A stretch of DNA of 64,000 nt from Octopus sinensis (Eukaryota). Positions 49,772 through 63,317 of this stretch are shown one piece after another; positions within the stretch are counted from its first letter, which is position 1; each line of letters opens with the position of its first letter. The stretch is from contig NC_043002.1 in the NCBI RefSeq assembly GCF_006345805.1, positions 94,922,001 to 94,986,000 on the forward strand. The letters are read 5' to 3'. A program made the translations under genes and the position numbers. The notes beneath the pieces were generated by a model. That model searched no databases. It was given only the letters and a program-made list of their open reading frames with translations, and was not told where the DNA came from.

Positions 49772-52700
49772 ATTGCTTTTCTCACATTTTGTTACAAGCA
49801 TAAAGTCATTAAAAGTCTAACTCAAATCTGTTTCATTACATTAAAGATTTTGTTTGTACTTTAAATTCTGTTCCATAGTTATGGTTCTTTGCAGCATAAC
49901 ACAGGAACATTGGTTGTCACAAACAGAAGTATATTATAAATTTTTAAATGAATATTCATTTTCAAAAGATATTGCTATTCAATAAACACTGTTAAGGAAG
50001 TCAGTGAAAAGTTAATAGGATTTGTAGCAGCGGGAAAATGAGAAATTGGATCATTTTTGCCATTCCTAAGGGAATGCAATCACTTAATTAATTAGAAATA
50101 GCAGCCAATTCTTCAAATCACATCTACTCACTTAAAATACAGAAAGGATACATTCAATAACGTAGTCATAGATACCCTTAAAAGTACTTCTTAAATTAGA
50201 TTCCAATGAACATCAGGACTTCATGACGAAAAAAGTGGGGTTCTGTGAATTTTTATTCCATTTTATGTCTTATTTAACTGTAAGATGGTAGGAATTATCC
50301 ATAAAATATAGGCAGAGGGGTTGTATGAACAGTCTGAAAATCATATGATGGATTTCACATTAAAACAAGTTTGGGAGCTTTGGGCGCTTTGGTAACGAAA
50401 GGGTTAAAACAAGTTTGGGAGCTGTTGCACTAAAAACTAAAATGGTCATAACTGGAATACTCTTTGACAAAGTTGCTTGATCAGGATTGACCTGAAGGTA
50501 CAACAACAACAACAATAAAAGCAATGTAAGTCTTAATGATTTTACTTGCCCAGAATTTAATACTGATCCCAGAACTGACCATAAAAAGCAATTTTGAATT
50601 GAAAAAAAAATCTCTTCCCAAAGTTACAAGCTAACTTGTGAAACAAATCAAAAAAATATTATTCTGAATCCACTTTTTCATTTTTTTTTTTATATCTTTA
50701 TTTCTAATTAAATTTTTTCTAATGTTTACCAGCATCAGTTTCAGAATTAATTTCTGTTTAACTGATCCAAAATTATTGGCATTCCTTTTCTCAAGGATTC
50801 ACTATTGTGAGAAAAATTACAAATAGAAGAAAACAATAGATTTGATGTCTTTTGCTCAAATTATCATGACTTTCTCTTTCTTTCTGTTATTAAAATCTAT
50901 GTTACCTTACTCCCATATTGAATTTATTCGTGTCTGGTACCATATCTTTTTATTGGTATCTTACATCACATTGTTTTATTAGTGAATGGTATTACATCTT
51001 TTATTGGCGTCTGGTATCATCTTTTTATTGGTGGCTGATATTACATCATTTTATAAGTGTCTGTCTGTTACCATTATCTTTTTATTAATGTCTTGATACA
51101 TCTTTTTATTATTAGATGAGTCCTACATCTTCTTACTATACTTTTACTATTTATTTTTTTTTCTTTTTTGTTTTAATTGTCCTATTTTTCACTTAATGGC
51201 TATATTTACCCATATATTTGTTGTTAAATTCTGCCTGGACTGAGTTTTCAGTATTTAAGTAATAAAGTAATATTGAATCAATTTAGCTATCTGGGAGTTA
51301 CTGTCTTGAGATCAAAGGCACATAAGATAAAGACTTAGATTTTATAGTCACATTAAGAAAAGTAGCTTTATATAAGCAGAGAAAAGGATAAGAGAAAGAA
51401 AAATAAGAGTTAATTTTTTACCATGTTTTCACATTTATTTTAAAACCATTTATAACAAGCAGGTAAAATTTTGTTCATTATTTAGAATGAATTTATTATA
51501 AATTATTTACTACAAAGGCAGTGAGGTGGCTCAATTGTTAGAGCATTGGACAAAGGGAGCTGCTATGGCTGTGTGGTGAAGAAGTTTCCTTCCTGACTTC
51601 ATAAATTTGGGTTCAATCTCACTGTGTGACACCCTGGGCAAACATCTTCTACAATAGCCCCAGGCCAACCAATACCTCGTTGTAACTGGATCTAGTAGAT
51701 AGAAACTGAAAGAAGCTGGTTTTGTGTGTGTGTGTGTGTGTGCACATGTTTATGACTTCATGCAATGGTTGTAAATGAGTGTCACTGTCATACAAGCAGT
51801 GTCATTCATTTTCTAATATTCTACAAAAACATGTCTAACCATGGAGACACATTTGATAATATAATTGAAGCTCATTTTCTTGGTAACTCTACTGTAATCA
51901 GAAGATGAATAAAACAAACTTCTTAAAAATATAACTTTATAAATAATTTAAAATTAGCTTGGGATTAATCTCCAAAAATTTACCAAGTATTTTTCCTTAA
52001 AAGGACATAAAAAGAGAAATTTATTTTCACATTTTTAAATTACCGAATCTGATAGCGTAATTCCCCCAGACAAATGAGGTAATACTTTATTCTATTTCAT
52101 TATGTATGTTCAAATTATATAACTAAAAAAAAAAAAAAATTTCAACAGTGCTTGTTAGCATTAACATAAAAAAATGGAAATCCTTATAATTTTCAGTGAT
52201 CATCCTTAAATAATGTTTCTTAGGAAGCTTTCTTTTAAAATTATTAAATAACTACTGATACTGAGAGTAAAACTTTTTTTTAACAAATGTCTGAAAAATA
52301 ACTTTCATTTGAAAAACATGAATGAATGTAAATTTGAATGCTTTAAGTATTTTCCTATTTGAATTTTTTTCCCTTGCAAATCTCAATATGATTAATCAGA
52401 TAAATTGTTATGAGAAAGTGAACAAAAAATTATATCAGACTAGCATGAGAGTAGCAGTTTTATAATTTGCATTGTTTTCAGCTGATTGAAAACATTAGTT
52501 TAAATACATCTATTGTGTAGAACATAAACAATAAAAATTATTTTATACATGAAGTACAGAAAGAACATGATTCACTACAGGAAATCCCACTCTTGGAATC
52601 TGACAGATTCTAAGAAACTTACTTTAAACTTCAAAGGGATTACAAAATATTGTCCCTTTCATTTCTTCTGTTCCTTCAAAATATGTTGTTGTTTTTTTTA

Positions 52701-53315
52701 ATTTTATTTTAAATGCTAGTATTACCTTTTCTTTTCTTTCCCATTTTGTTTCTTTGATGATTCCTTTGAAGTTTTGAAAGCATTTGTTATGTTAGGAAAC
52801 ACAGGTCTTGTGTTTCCAAAGAAATTTATTATGATTGGTATTTTGTTCCTGTTGGGGGTCTGTATAAATAGAAAAACAAAAAAGAAAAGAACGTTCTATT
52901 TTCTCTAAGTTATGAAGCATTTGTTAAAAATGTCATTGTTTAGTTTTTCAAGTCTTCTTTATAAATGAAAAATATTTTCTTTCATTTATCAAAAGTAGCA
53001 TTTAACTCCATAACAGATTTGATTTACTTCAACTGCAAACATTTGTTATATCTTCTGAGTTTTACTAGAACAAAAGAATTTTAGCTGCAAAAGGAGATAT
53101 TAATTAAGCTAAATAGGCCACTGTAAAATATTGGTGTTCTCTGCCCCTTCATATTCTTTATATTCTTGTTGCCATGGTGATAATTTCAACATTGTAAGCA
53201 TAAATGTTGAAAGCCATCTTAGCTTATCAACATACTATGAAAACTTCAGTCACATGGAAATTCTGTCAACAACATTTTACTTTAGAATAAAATGTTTTTG
53301 ATTTCTTTTTACCTA

Positions 53316-53622
53316 TCATCATCATCATCATTTAGCGTCCGTTTTCCATGCTAGCATGGGTTGGACGATTCAACTGGGGTCTGTGAAGCCAGAAGGCTGC
53401 ATCAGGCCCAGTCTGATCTGGCAGTGTTTCTACAGCTGGATGCCCTTCCTAACGCCAACCACTCCGCGAGTGTAGTGGGTGCTTTTTACGTGCCACCCGC
53501 ACAGGAGCCAGACGGAGCTGGCAAATGGCCATGAACGGATGGTGCTTTTACGTGCCACCGGCACGGGGGCCAGGTGAGGCTGGCAATGGACACGAACGGA
53601 TGGTGCTTTTTATGTGTCACCA
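53316..53622 (-). mobile_element. RTE LINE 3' UTR fragment
   Basis: Reverse complement of about 46750-47040. Confidence 0.85.
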
Positions 53623-54745
53623 TAAAAAGCACCATATTTTAAAATAAAATGTCTGTGAAGACTAAATTTTAAAATAAGCTTTTTTAAAATAAATTCTATT
53701 TTAGTAATATAACTTTATTTTCATAAACTTTTAGAAAAATAATTACTTTATTCCTGTGTACAAGATTTGATTGTGCAAAAATCATTTGATTCCATTGTCA
53801 AACAAAATGATATGCAATATTTCTCCCAGTTTATTGTGTTTGGTGTTAACCTCAGTGAGGTTAACTGTCTTTCAGCCCTCCAAAATTGGAGATATATCGA
53901 GTACCATTAAAGTTCCAGGTTGTTGATGTAATTGACTAATGCCCTTCCCATAAAAATTTCTGTCCTCATGCCTGAGTTAAAAACACCTTATTTGATATCT
54001 TAATTGGCTGAAGACACTGGAAAAAGAAAATTTGACTCCTGTGACCAGGGCTACACCATTTCTTGGGGCAAATCAGTGTACGGGGTTCTATAATGTGTAT
54101 TTATTCACAGCACCTCACAGCATACATGGATAAGACTTCTCTTAACACCTATTGCCCCTTCCTAGTTCCCTTGGCATTTGCTGCACCCTTACAAGTTCAC
54201 AATGCTCTTAAGAGCAGAGCTCTACCATTCAGATGAAGAAGCATCATTCTAGTGACTGCATTAATTCCACTACCTCTGATAAATGATGCTAATTAATAAT
54301 TCTACCTTTTGACACAAGACCAGTAATTTTGAGGGGTGGAAGTTAGTCCATTGTATTAGCCCCCAGGGCTTAACTGGTATATACTTTATCAACCCCCGAA
54401 AAGATGAAAGGCAAAAAGAACTTGTGCAAATACCACTTTATATGATGCTTAAATGAGAATGCTCCTCTCTTATCCTTAATAATAGTTTCTGAGTTACACA
54501 TAAGGTCAGAAATTTGAGGGAAGGGGAGCAGTTGACTAAATCATTCCCAGTACTTGACTGGTACTTTGTTTTAGCAACCCTGAAAGAAGTTAGAACAAAT
54601 ATAAGTTATTTTGTTCTACACTCTAGCACTTCCACTAGTCCTGGTATCAAACCTTGATAGATGGTGGTAAAAATTGTGGAAGGGTCTAGTTGATTTAATC
54701 AACTTTACTATGGAAGGGATTAAACATATATTTGTTAACCAGCAG

Positions 54746-54915
54746 AAGGCAGCAAGCTGACAGAAGCATTAGCACATCAGGTGAAATACTTAGCAATATT
54801 TTGTCCATCCTTATGTTCTGAGTTCAAATTCGACCAAGGTCAACTTTGACTGTCACCCTTTTGGGGTCAATAAAATAAGTACCAGTTGAACACTGGGGTT
54901 GATGTAATCGACTTA
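54746..54915 (+). mobile_element. SINE family A, 3'-truncated
   Basis: ggcagcaagctgacagaagcattagc...gatgtaatcgactta. Confidence 0.75.
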
Positions 54916-56530
54916 ACTACTTCTAGCTAAGAGTATAAAAACTGCACATCTCTCCTAAGTCATGTCAAGCCAGTTTGGCAGAGTGGGCTCATCAAACCAG
55001 CTGAGGCCTTGGCCCTGCAGTGAACTAAATGTAAGTAATCCATTCCAATCCAAAATTCAGTGACATAATTAACTTTTTTTTTTATTTAGCATTTACTAAT
55101 TAAACCTCTTGACTGCCTTTGATTACAATATAAAGAGGCATAGCTAATTATTGCAGCACTTTTTACTTGGCATTCTACTTAATTAAACCACCCACTATCA
55201 TTAGTTATTATTACCATTATCATTATTACAAAGAGGCTGGAAATATTTCATGACATACATTTATATATACATGATCCCATATATTTATATACACATACAT
55301 ATTCACACACATTTATTTACACAAGCATATACACTCACCCATATATGTATTCTGTATTTTCTGACCTACAAGTCTCACATAGTATGTAGTGTAAACAAGT
55401 AGTGTAAACATTCAAACATCACCATCTTTTCAAATTCTGCAGCATTTCAGATGGAATTTCAGCTTCTCGAAAGTCATTTTGGTGTACACATTGACCTACC
55501 TTTCAACTTGCATGCTAGAAAATATGGCATACATAAACAATTAGATTCACACTCATACTATGTTTACAAATATACAAAGTCACATATTTATACATACAAA
55601 CATACACATTCATTCAATTTCAGTTAAGTTTTTTTTTTTATCAGTGTATATATCATGATGGTGAAAACAATCCCTCATCTTTTGAAATGCAGTGTTAAAG
55701 AATGATGCTTCATATTCTTTATACTGAGCATTCAATTGACAGTAGTGTTAAGAAAGAAATTTTTGAGAAGTCTATAAACCATGGAACTATTCTGTCAGTT
55801 GTTTAAAAACAACAAATGAGGAGGTTTTGTCATGTAACAGGATTCTGACATTTTACCACTAGTGAATACAATCATAGATGAACCCTCATTAAAAAAAAAA
55901 AGGGGGAAAAAATGTACAGAAAGACAACAAAGGAATTGATTGAACAACATGAAGAAATGGGCAGGGAGGAATAGAGGAAAACTTGAGGTTGATTGATGAC
56001 CAGGAAAAATAGGCAGAGGTGATTGTGTCTCTTGTTGTGTACCTATGGCCTGCCTCGGCTACAAAATTTGATTGATTCAGGAATTACTTTACATGGAATA
56101 TACAATTTCTTGAAAGTTCATCTATCATTATCATATGTGTTTTCTAGCACTATTACTGTCCAAAATACAATTTTTCATGTAATCCCCATCAGTGTCTTGG
56201 CAATAATGTTTGTCATTATTACTATCAACATAGTTATTTGCCCTTTTCATACTAACCCACCTGAGATTGCCCCTGGTCCTATGATGTAAAATTCTCGTGT
56301 TTGAAGTGGTCTTAGTTAAAAGCCTTTAATCAATATTCAATTTTAATTTATGTTCCAAACACCAACTTAATAATGACTAAATTATTTTACTAAATTTTTT
56401 GTTATTTTCAAAATTAGCAGGAATACATTGCAGGGTATTTCAACAGAAATCTGATAATCAAAGGATTAATAGTAGCAGCAGTAATAACAAGGATATTAAT
56501 TATATTTACTTATTGTATTTGTTTTGCAGT

Positions 56531-56870
56531 GAAGGCACATGGCTCAGTGGTTAGAGCATCGAGCTTATGATCGTGAGGTTGTGAGTTGGATTCCAGGACC
56601 GGGCAGCGTGTTGTGTTCTTGAGTAAGACACTTTATTTCATGTTACTCCAGTTAATTCAGCTGTAGAAATGAGTTGCGATATTCTTGGTGTCAAGCTGTA
56701 TCAGCCTTTGCCTTTCCCTTGGATAACATCAGTGGCATGGAGAGGGGAGGCTGGTATGCATGGGCGACTGCTGGTCTTCCATAAAAAAACCTTGCCCGGA
56801 CTTGTGCCTCGGAGGGTAACTTTCTAGGTGCAATCCCATGGTCATTCATGACCGAAGCGGCGGGGTCTCC
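56531..56870 (+). mobile_element. tRNA-derived SINE family E
   Basis: A box tggctcagtgg, B-box-like gagttggattcc; core shared with family D, different 3' tail. Confidence 0.78.
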
Positions 56871-58037
56871 TCCTCTTCTCATTTGTTTTGGAAGATTCTT
56901 GATGTGAAATTGTGCTGAGACAGATTTTGTTGTATCTTGGGGCAGGAAGGGCCATTTTAACATGTGAAAATACAGAGTTTGTGACTATGATAGTATCTGA
57001 AGCAGCTGTGGGTTGCAAGTGGCGATGAAAGAACTCCAACAAACCAACTAATTCACGGAGTGGTCAAACAGTTGGCTGAGCAACCAATTAGTTAATCAGT
57101 TAATTATATCACTAGTTCTCAAACATTGATAATCAAAATAAAAAGAAGCAAAACATAACCAGTGCATGTGATTTTATTAGCAAACTGGCCCTCCCAAAGT
57201 AAAAAAATATCAATTATCAATTATCATTTATCCAGCAATTGCATATTTATATATTTAGATACTGTAATATCTGGTTGTTATGTGATGCTTTTTCAAAAAG
57301 ACATTCCTTTTTCTTTATTATTATTCACAAAAAAACTGAAAAATATTTCTAGTGCATAGAGATTGAAATATAAACAAAGCATAAATTCAGTCTTAATGCC
57401 ACAGAAACTGTTTGTAGATTTCCATATTTCTTTCACTTTTGGATTTTAATAGACTTAAGCTTTATCTTTTGTTACATTAGATAAACTATTATGTGTGTGT
57501 ATGTATGTGTCTATGTATGTATGTGTGTGTGGGAAATAACAAAAATTATTTTATTAAATATTTTGTATTTAGTCTGTGCTCTTTCCATCCCCCCCCCCAC
57601 ATCACAATCTCTATTGAATGAAAGAAATATTATTGAGGAAAACTGTATTGAAAATATGGAATAGGATTAATCAGCTAGGATAAAAGATGAGCAAGTTGAT
57701 CTACTTAATAAACATAACTGACTGACTTAAAAGTTATCTTTTACCTTGGTGGTAGCTTTATATTGAGTTTTGGAAAACATCTAACTGCTTAAAATGGAGA
57801 TAAGACTTCCTAGCAGTTAATATGATGAAAGAATATGACTGTAATCTGGTTTAATAACTTCTATGTTTTGTTCTTTGCTTTTAATCAGTGTCATATCTAC
57901 TTAGGTTTTTACATATTCATGCACCTATGCATATTGGTTTCAAATTTTGGACCAAGGCCAGCAATTCCAGAGAGGAATTAAATTGATTACATCAAACCCC
58001 AGTGCTCAACTGCTACTTACCTTATCAAGCCCTAAAG

Positions 58038-58535
58038 CAGAGGTAGGGAAACTTTTTAGTGCAGTAGGCAAAAATTTCCAAAACAATAGGTCCACAGGCA
58101 GATCACAAGTTCTAACTTTTATATCTGTGTAAATCTTGTATATATTTATATATAATTTGATATACATTAATAAAGATAACTTTAACACTTTAAATTAACA
58201 CATAACATCTTCATTAATGCTGCCACTGAATTTAGGACGTTTATATTACTTATGAGATATTCTATATTTTTCGGCTAAAATGTAGTTGGGTTTCAAGGGA
58301 GTGGTACAAATCTAGCAATATGTGTTTTATAGGGAAAACAAAATTGTTGGATGATTTTCTGTTCAAGCCGTAGTGGAAACGCAACCAATGTCACAAAGAG
58401 GCAAATGAGTATCGTATAAATTTTATAATTGAGAAATTGACTATATTTTGTACATACGAGTATACCAGCCTGTGGGCACAATAAAATGGTTTCACGGGCA
58501 CAGTTGTGCCTGCGAGCGAGGGTTCCCCACCCTTG
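58038..58535. mobile_element. hAT-type MITE with 8-bp TSD, inserted in a degraded SINE A
   Basis: TIR cagaggtagggaa / ttccccacccttg; TSD ccctaaag / ccctaaac. Confidence 0.8.
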
Positions 58536-59399
58536 CCCTAAACGATGAAAGGCAATGTTGACCTCAGTGGAATATTAACTCAGAATGTGCAGCCAGATGA
58601 AATGCTGCTAAGCATTTTGCCTGGTGCTAATGATTCTACCAGCTCACCGCCCTATCCACTTCAAATTTTGGCACAAGGCCAGCAACTTTGGAGCTAGAGG
58701 TCAACCTCATTGGAATATTAAGTCAGAAGATACTACTGGATAAAATGCCACTAAGCATTTTGCCCAATGTGCTAATGGTTCTGCCAGCTCGCTGCCTTTA
58801 TGCTCAAATACGTATGTTTCAAATTTTGTTGCAAGTCCAGGGGTGGGGCTAAGTTGATTACATTGACCCCAATCCTCAGCTAGCACTTATTTTATTGATC
58901 CTGAAAAGATGAAAGGCAAAGTTGACCTTCGCAGAATTTGAACTCAAGATGTAAGAATGAATGAAATGCCACTAAGCAGTTTGTCTAGTGTGCTAACAGT
59001 TCTGCCAGCTTGTCACCTTTATGCTTATATACATATTGATGAAGGTTTCTAATATATTGATAGTTATGGGACCATCTTTTGAGTAACAGTGTCTAAGATC
59101 TTAGATTTGCCATGAGCTGACATCATTAGGCTAGCATTTATCAGTACTCTCCACTGAGGTTGCAATCAATACTCCCCTTTGAATGGGCACCAGTTCATCA
59201 CTTGCTTGTTGCTGGTACTCATTATCTGTTAGGCTGATTGAAGCAGTGTGAAACAAAGTGTTTTGCTCCAGAGCACAGTGTATCCTCCAGTCTGGGTATT
59301 GAAACCATGACCTTACAGTCACAATTCCGACACCCCAACCACCAGGCCATGTGCCTTCATGAATAGTAGTGCAGCCTAGTTAAATATAACTGCTCTTAC

Positions 59400-59682
59400 C
59401 ATTTGTTTTTACTGTTTTGTTCTTACTGTGTTGTTTTTGTTACCACTTTAACTCTCCACAAAAAATCCCCAATTTTATTTAATTTGATTTGCGGGAAGGA
59501 CTGTTTTAACGAAGTCACATCTTGTCCCTACCTTCAAAACATGGGACAACTGTTGAAGGGAATGTTCTTTATGTTGCCTGTCTCATTTCTCTATTTGTTT
59601 CTTTCATTATTCAAAAAGAAGTTTGTTTTCTGTTTTCTATGTTCTCGTTTCTCATTTTGTTTACATTTTTTTGATGTCCTAT
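59400..59682 (+). mobile_element. Non-coding element homologous to 32080-32368, with a decayed permuted hammerhead motif
   Basis: Shared blocks with the reverse complement of 32.1-32.4 kb; abuts a (TA/TATG)n tract. Confidence 0.72.
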
Positions 59683-59765
59683 ATCCATATATGTATGTAT
59701 ATATACATATATATGTATGTATATATACATATATATGTATGTATATATACATATATATGTATGTA

Positions 59766-59865
59766 NNNNNNNNNNNNNNNNNNNNNNNNNNNNNNNNNNN
59801 NNNNNNNNNNNNNNNNNNNNNNNNNNNNNNNNNNNNNNNNNNNNNNNNNNNNNNNNNNNNNNNNN
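59766..59865. other. Assembly gap (100 N) inside a microsatellite
   Basis: Run of N. Confidence 1.
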
Positions 59866-59907
<42 letters not shown>

Positions 59908-59920
59908 ATATATATATATT

Positions 59921-60243
59921 GTTAACGCCAGCTAACATGGCAGTCCAGGAAAATAGGACAAATGCTGCCGTTGATTAGCTCCAAGGGGCCATCGCCTCTA
60001 GCTAGCCATGTGACACACAAACCCGTGTCCATTACAACCTTTGAACAGGGGAGGTCAGCAGCTTTCCCTTGCTGGTTCAACAGCTGCAGACTAGCTTTGA
60101 GGTATTTGCAAATACTCTGAAACTAGTCTGTGGCTGTTGAACCAGCGTGTTACATACCTAGCTAGAGGCGATGGCCCTTTGGAGCTAATCAATGTCAGTA
60201 TTTGTCCTATTTTCCTGGACTGCCATGTTAGTTTGGCATTAGC
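59921..60243. repeat. Nested fold-back: outer arms 59921-60016 / 60147-60243, inner hairpin 60071-60146
   Basis: Direct reverse complementarity, e.g. catggcagtccaggaaaataggacaaat / atttgtcctattttcctggactgccatg. Confidence 0.9.
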
Positions 60244-60573
60244 TATTAATATCCAGTACTGCTGCCGTAGTCTCCTTTAAAGAAATTTAGAAATATTAAT
60301 ATATTTATGTATATATTTGTAAATAGTAAGGATTATTCCAAATGTTAACCTGTTTGCTATCAGTTAGGTATTCAAATAGGTTTTTCAACAGTTAATATAT
60401 AAATCCAATAATATTCTCATAAGATAAGAATTTAGAGATATATTCTGTTGGATTTTCTTAATATATTACCTTAACCATATAGGTTTCCTAGAATATATGA
60501 TATCAACAATAACAATAATAATAATAAGGTTTATTAAAAAGGGGCATAGCATTGCCTTTAATTCTTTATATAT

Positions 60574-60875
60574 ATCATCATCATCATCATCATTTAACGT
60601 CCGCTTTCCATGCTAGCATGGGTTGGATGATTTGACTGAGGTCTGGTGAACCAGACTCCAATCTGATCTGACAGAGTTTCTACAGCTGGATGCCCTTCCT
60701 AATACCAACCACTCCGAGAGTGTAGTGGGTGCTTTTCCGTGCCACCGGCACGAGGGCCAGTTTGGTGGTACTGGCAACAGCCACGCCCAAATAGTGCTTT
60801 TTACGTGCCACCAGCACAAGTGCTAGTAAGGCGACGCAGTAATGATCACACTTGAATGGTGTGCTTAATGTGCCT
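60574..60875 (-). mobile_element. RTE LINE 3' UTR fragment
   Basis: (cat)n plus ttaacgtccgctttccatgctagcatgggttgga. Confidence 0.85.
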
Positions 60876-61435
60876 AATATATATATATATATATGTATGT
60901 ATATATATAGGTTTACAGAAACCTATGCACATTTCAACTGCACTGATTAGTAACCATTGCAGTTGCAACACCACTATGATACTGGTGCAGTTTCTTCAGC
61001 GTCTTTACTTTAATATGCTTCGATATAACTGTTAAAATGTTTCCAGTTATCTACTCTATATGATATAGAGTTGTTTGTTAAATTAGTTTTGATTGGATAA
61101 TCACTTATAGTCTGTTTTTTCAAACCATTCTGTTGTTTAAATGTTTATTATTTGCTTATATTGAGCAAATGTGAATGTCCTCATGTGCAAGCATCTCAAA
61201 GCTTGTTCCTGTTTAGAATTTATTACATTCCCCTTAGATTTAAAAATTTGGTAAAATTCTTCTAAATGCAAGTCACGTTCTTTAGTTTCAGCTAATGTTC
61301 TTCCACTTCGTAAGAATCCTTATTACTGTTGATACATATAATATATATATATATAATAATAAATATTAGGGAATAAATCCAAACTTACAGGGAAAAATCA
61401 GATTTAGGATTGAATCCATTTTATAGTAAAATATT

Positions 61436-61606
61436 ATATTATATCAAATAGAGACAAAACCACTATTCGGCAAATCAAACAATTAAAGACTTAGCCAATA
61501 CATATGATTAATTTATATTATTTAAATATGTATGTAACAAAATTATTAAAAAATATAATTGTTTGATTTGCCTAAAAGTGGTTTTGTCTCTAATTTAATA
61601 TAATAT
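61436..61606. repeat. Inverted repeat with 50-bp arms, in an insertion between (TA)n tracts
   Basis: gagacaaaaccactattcggcaaatcaaacaatta versus taattgtttgatttgcctaaaagtggttttgtctc. Confidence 0.8.
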
Positions 61607-61805
61607 ATATATATATATATGCATATAATGTATGTGTTATGCATATATATGTATATATATATGCATATATATGTATGTGTTATGCATATATATGTATGTG
61701 TTTATGATATATATATAGATATATATGTATATATATGCATATATATGTATGTGTTTATGCATATATATCTATATATATATATATATAATATATATATATA
61801 TATAT

Positions 61806-62394
61806 AAGACTCGGCAAGCGCAAGTGTGACCATAACCTTGTGGCCTATGCTAGGGGTGTAACCAGTCCACTTATGCGTGCCTTTTCTTCATTGGACACTA
61901 AACTCTGCTTGCGAAGACCAGTTGGGGCAAGTGAAATCGAAGTCGAAATCAAATTCGGTGACTGGCATCCATTGCTAGTGGAGCGCTAAGAGTACCATAT
62001 GAGTGAGATCGTTGCCAGAGCAACAAGCTGGCCTTCGTGCCGATGGCACATTAAGCACACCATTCAAGTGTGATCGTTACCACGTCGCCTTAGTAGCACT
62101 TGTGCTGGTGGCATGTGAAACATTTGAGCGAGGTCGTCGCCAGTGCCGCTGGACTAGTTCCTGTGCAGGTGGCACGTAAAAAGCACCATTTGGGCGTGGC
62201 TGTTGCCAGTACCACCAAACTGGCCAGTGACATGGAAAAGCACCCACAACACTCTCGGAGTGGTTGGCGTTAGGAAGAGCATCCAGCTGTAGAAACTCTG
62301 CCAGTTCAGATTGGAGTTTGGTTCGCCAGACCTCAGTCAAATCGTCCAACCCATGCTAGCATGGAAAGCGGACATTAAATGATGATGGTGATGA
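61806..62394 (+). mobile_element. RTE LINE 3' UTR, starting at the ORF end, inserted in (TA)n
   Basis: aagactcggcaag...gtgaaatcgaagtcgaaatc...gatgatg, homologous to 46277-47041. Confidence 0.85.
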
Positions 62395-62457
62395 TATATA
62401 TATATGTGTGTGTGTATATGCATATATATATATGTGTGTGTGTGTGTGTGTATATGC

Positions 62458-62493
<36 letters not shown>

Positions 62494-63089
62494 ATGCATG
62501 CATATGTGTATGTGTGTATGTAAATATATGTGTGTATGTATATATATGCATATATGTATGTGTATATATGTGTGCGTATCTGTGTGTATATGCATATATA
62601 TATGTATGTGCATATGCATGTGTATGTATGTATGTATGTGTATATATATATGTGTGTCTATACACGTGTATATATATGCATGTGTATATATATATATATC
62701 TATATGTACTGCAGGCTTCCACACAGTTTCCATCTACCAAATTCACTCTCAAGGCAATGGTCAGCTCAGGACTGTAATAGGAAACACAGAAGTTAGCATG
62801 TAGTGGAACTGAACCTGAAACCAAATGAATTTCTTAAACACCTTTGCTTTCACAAAATTTTTCCTATCCTCATTTAATATTACTGTAGTAGACAAATTTC
62901 CCCATTTTCATTTTAACTGACCACTTGATATGGTATCAGGCTAGCCAATTTCTTAATGGCATCTGAGAGATTGGCTTTCATATACTGCTTACTGAGTTCA
63001 ATACTGAGTGGTACTCTACTCTAGATTTTAAGAAACACATCAAGAGCCTTAACTTTGCCCCCACTATATTCCTACTATTTGGGGAATTG

Positions 63090-63317
63090 GTTAACCCTTT
63101 AGCGTTGAGATTACTCTGTCAAATATAATGCTTTTTCATTCACATCGTTTTGAATTAATCTTGCATTATCTTGTAGCTCTGAGAATTTGATGATGTGATG
63201 GTTTATTTTTAGGATGACATTGTAGGATATGAGTGAGAGGCCAGATCTAGATGGTTTGAACATAAAAGAAGTAGAAAATTTGGGCCGGATATGGCCGGTT
63301 TAAATGCTAAAGGGTTA
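63090..63317 (+). mobile_element. MITE family F, best-preserved copy
   Basis: ttaaccctttagcgtt...aatgctaaagggttaa: TIR ccctttagc, TTAA flanks. Confidence 0.82.
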
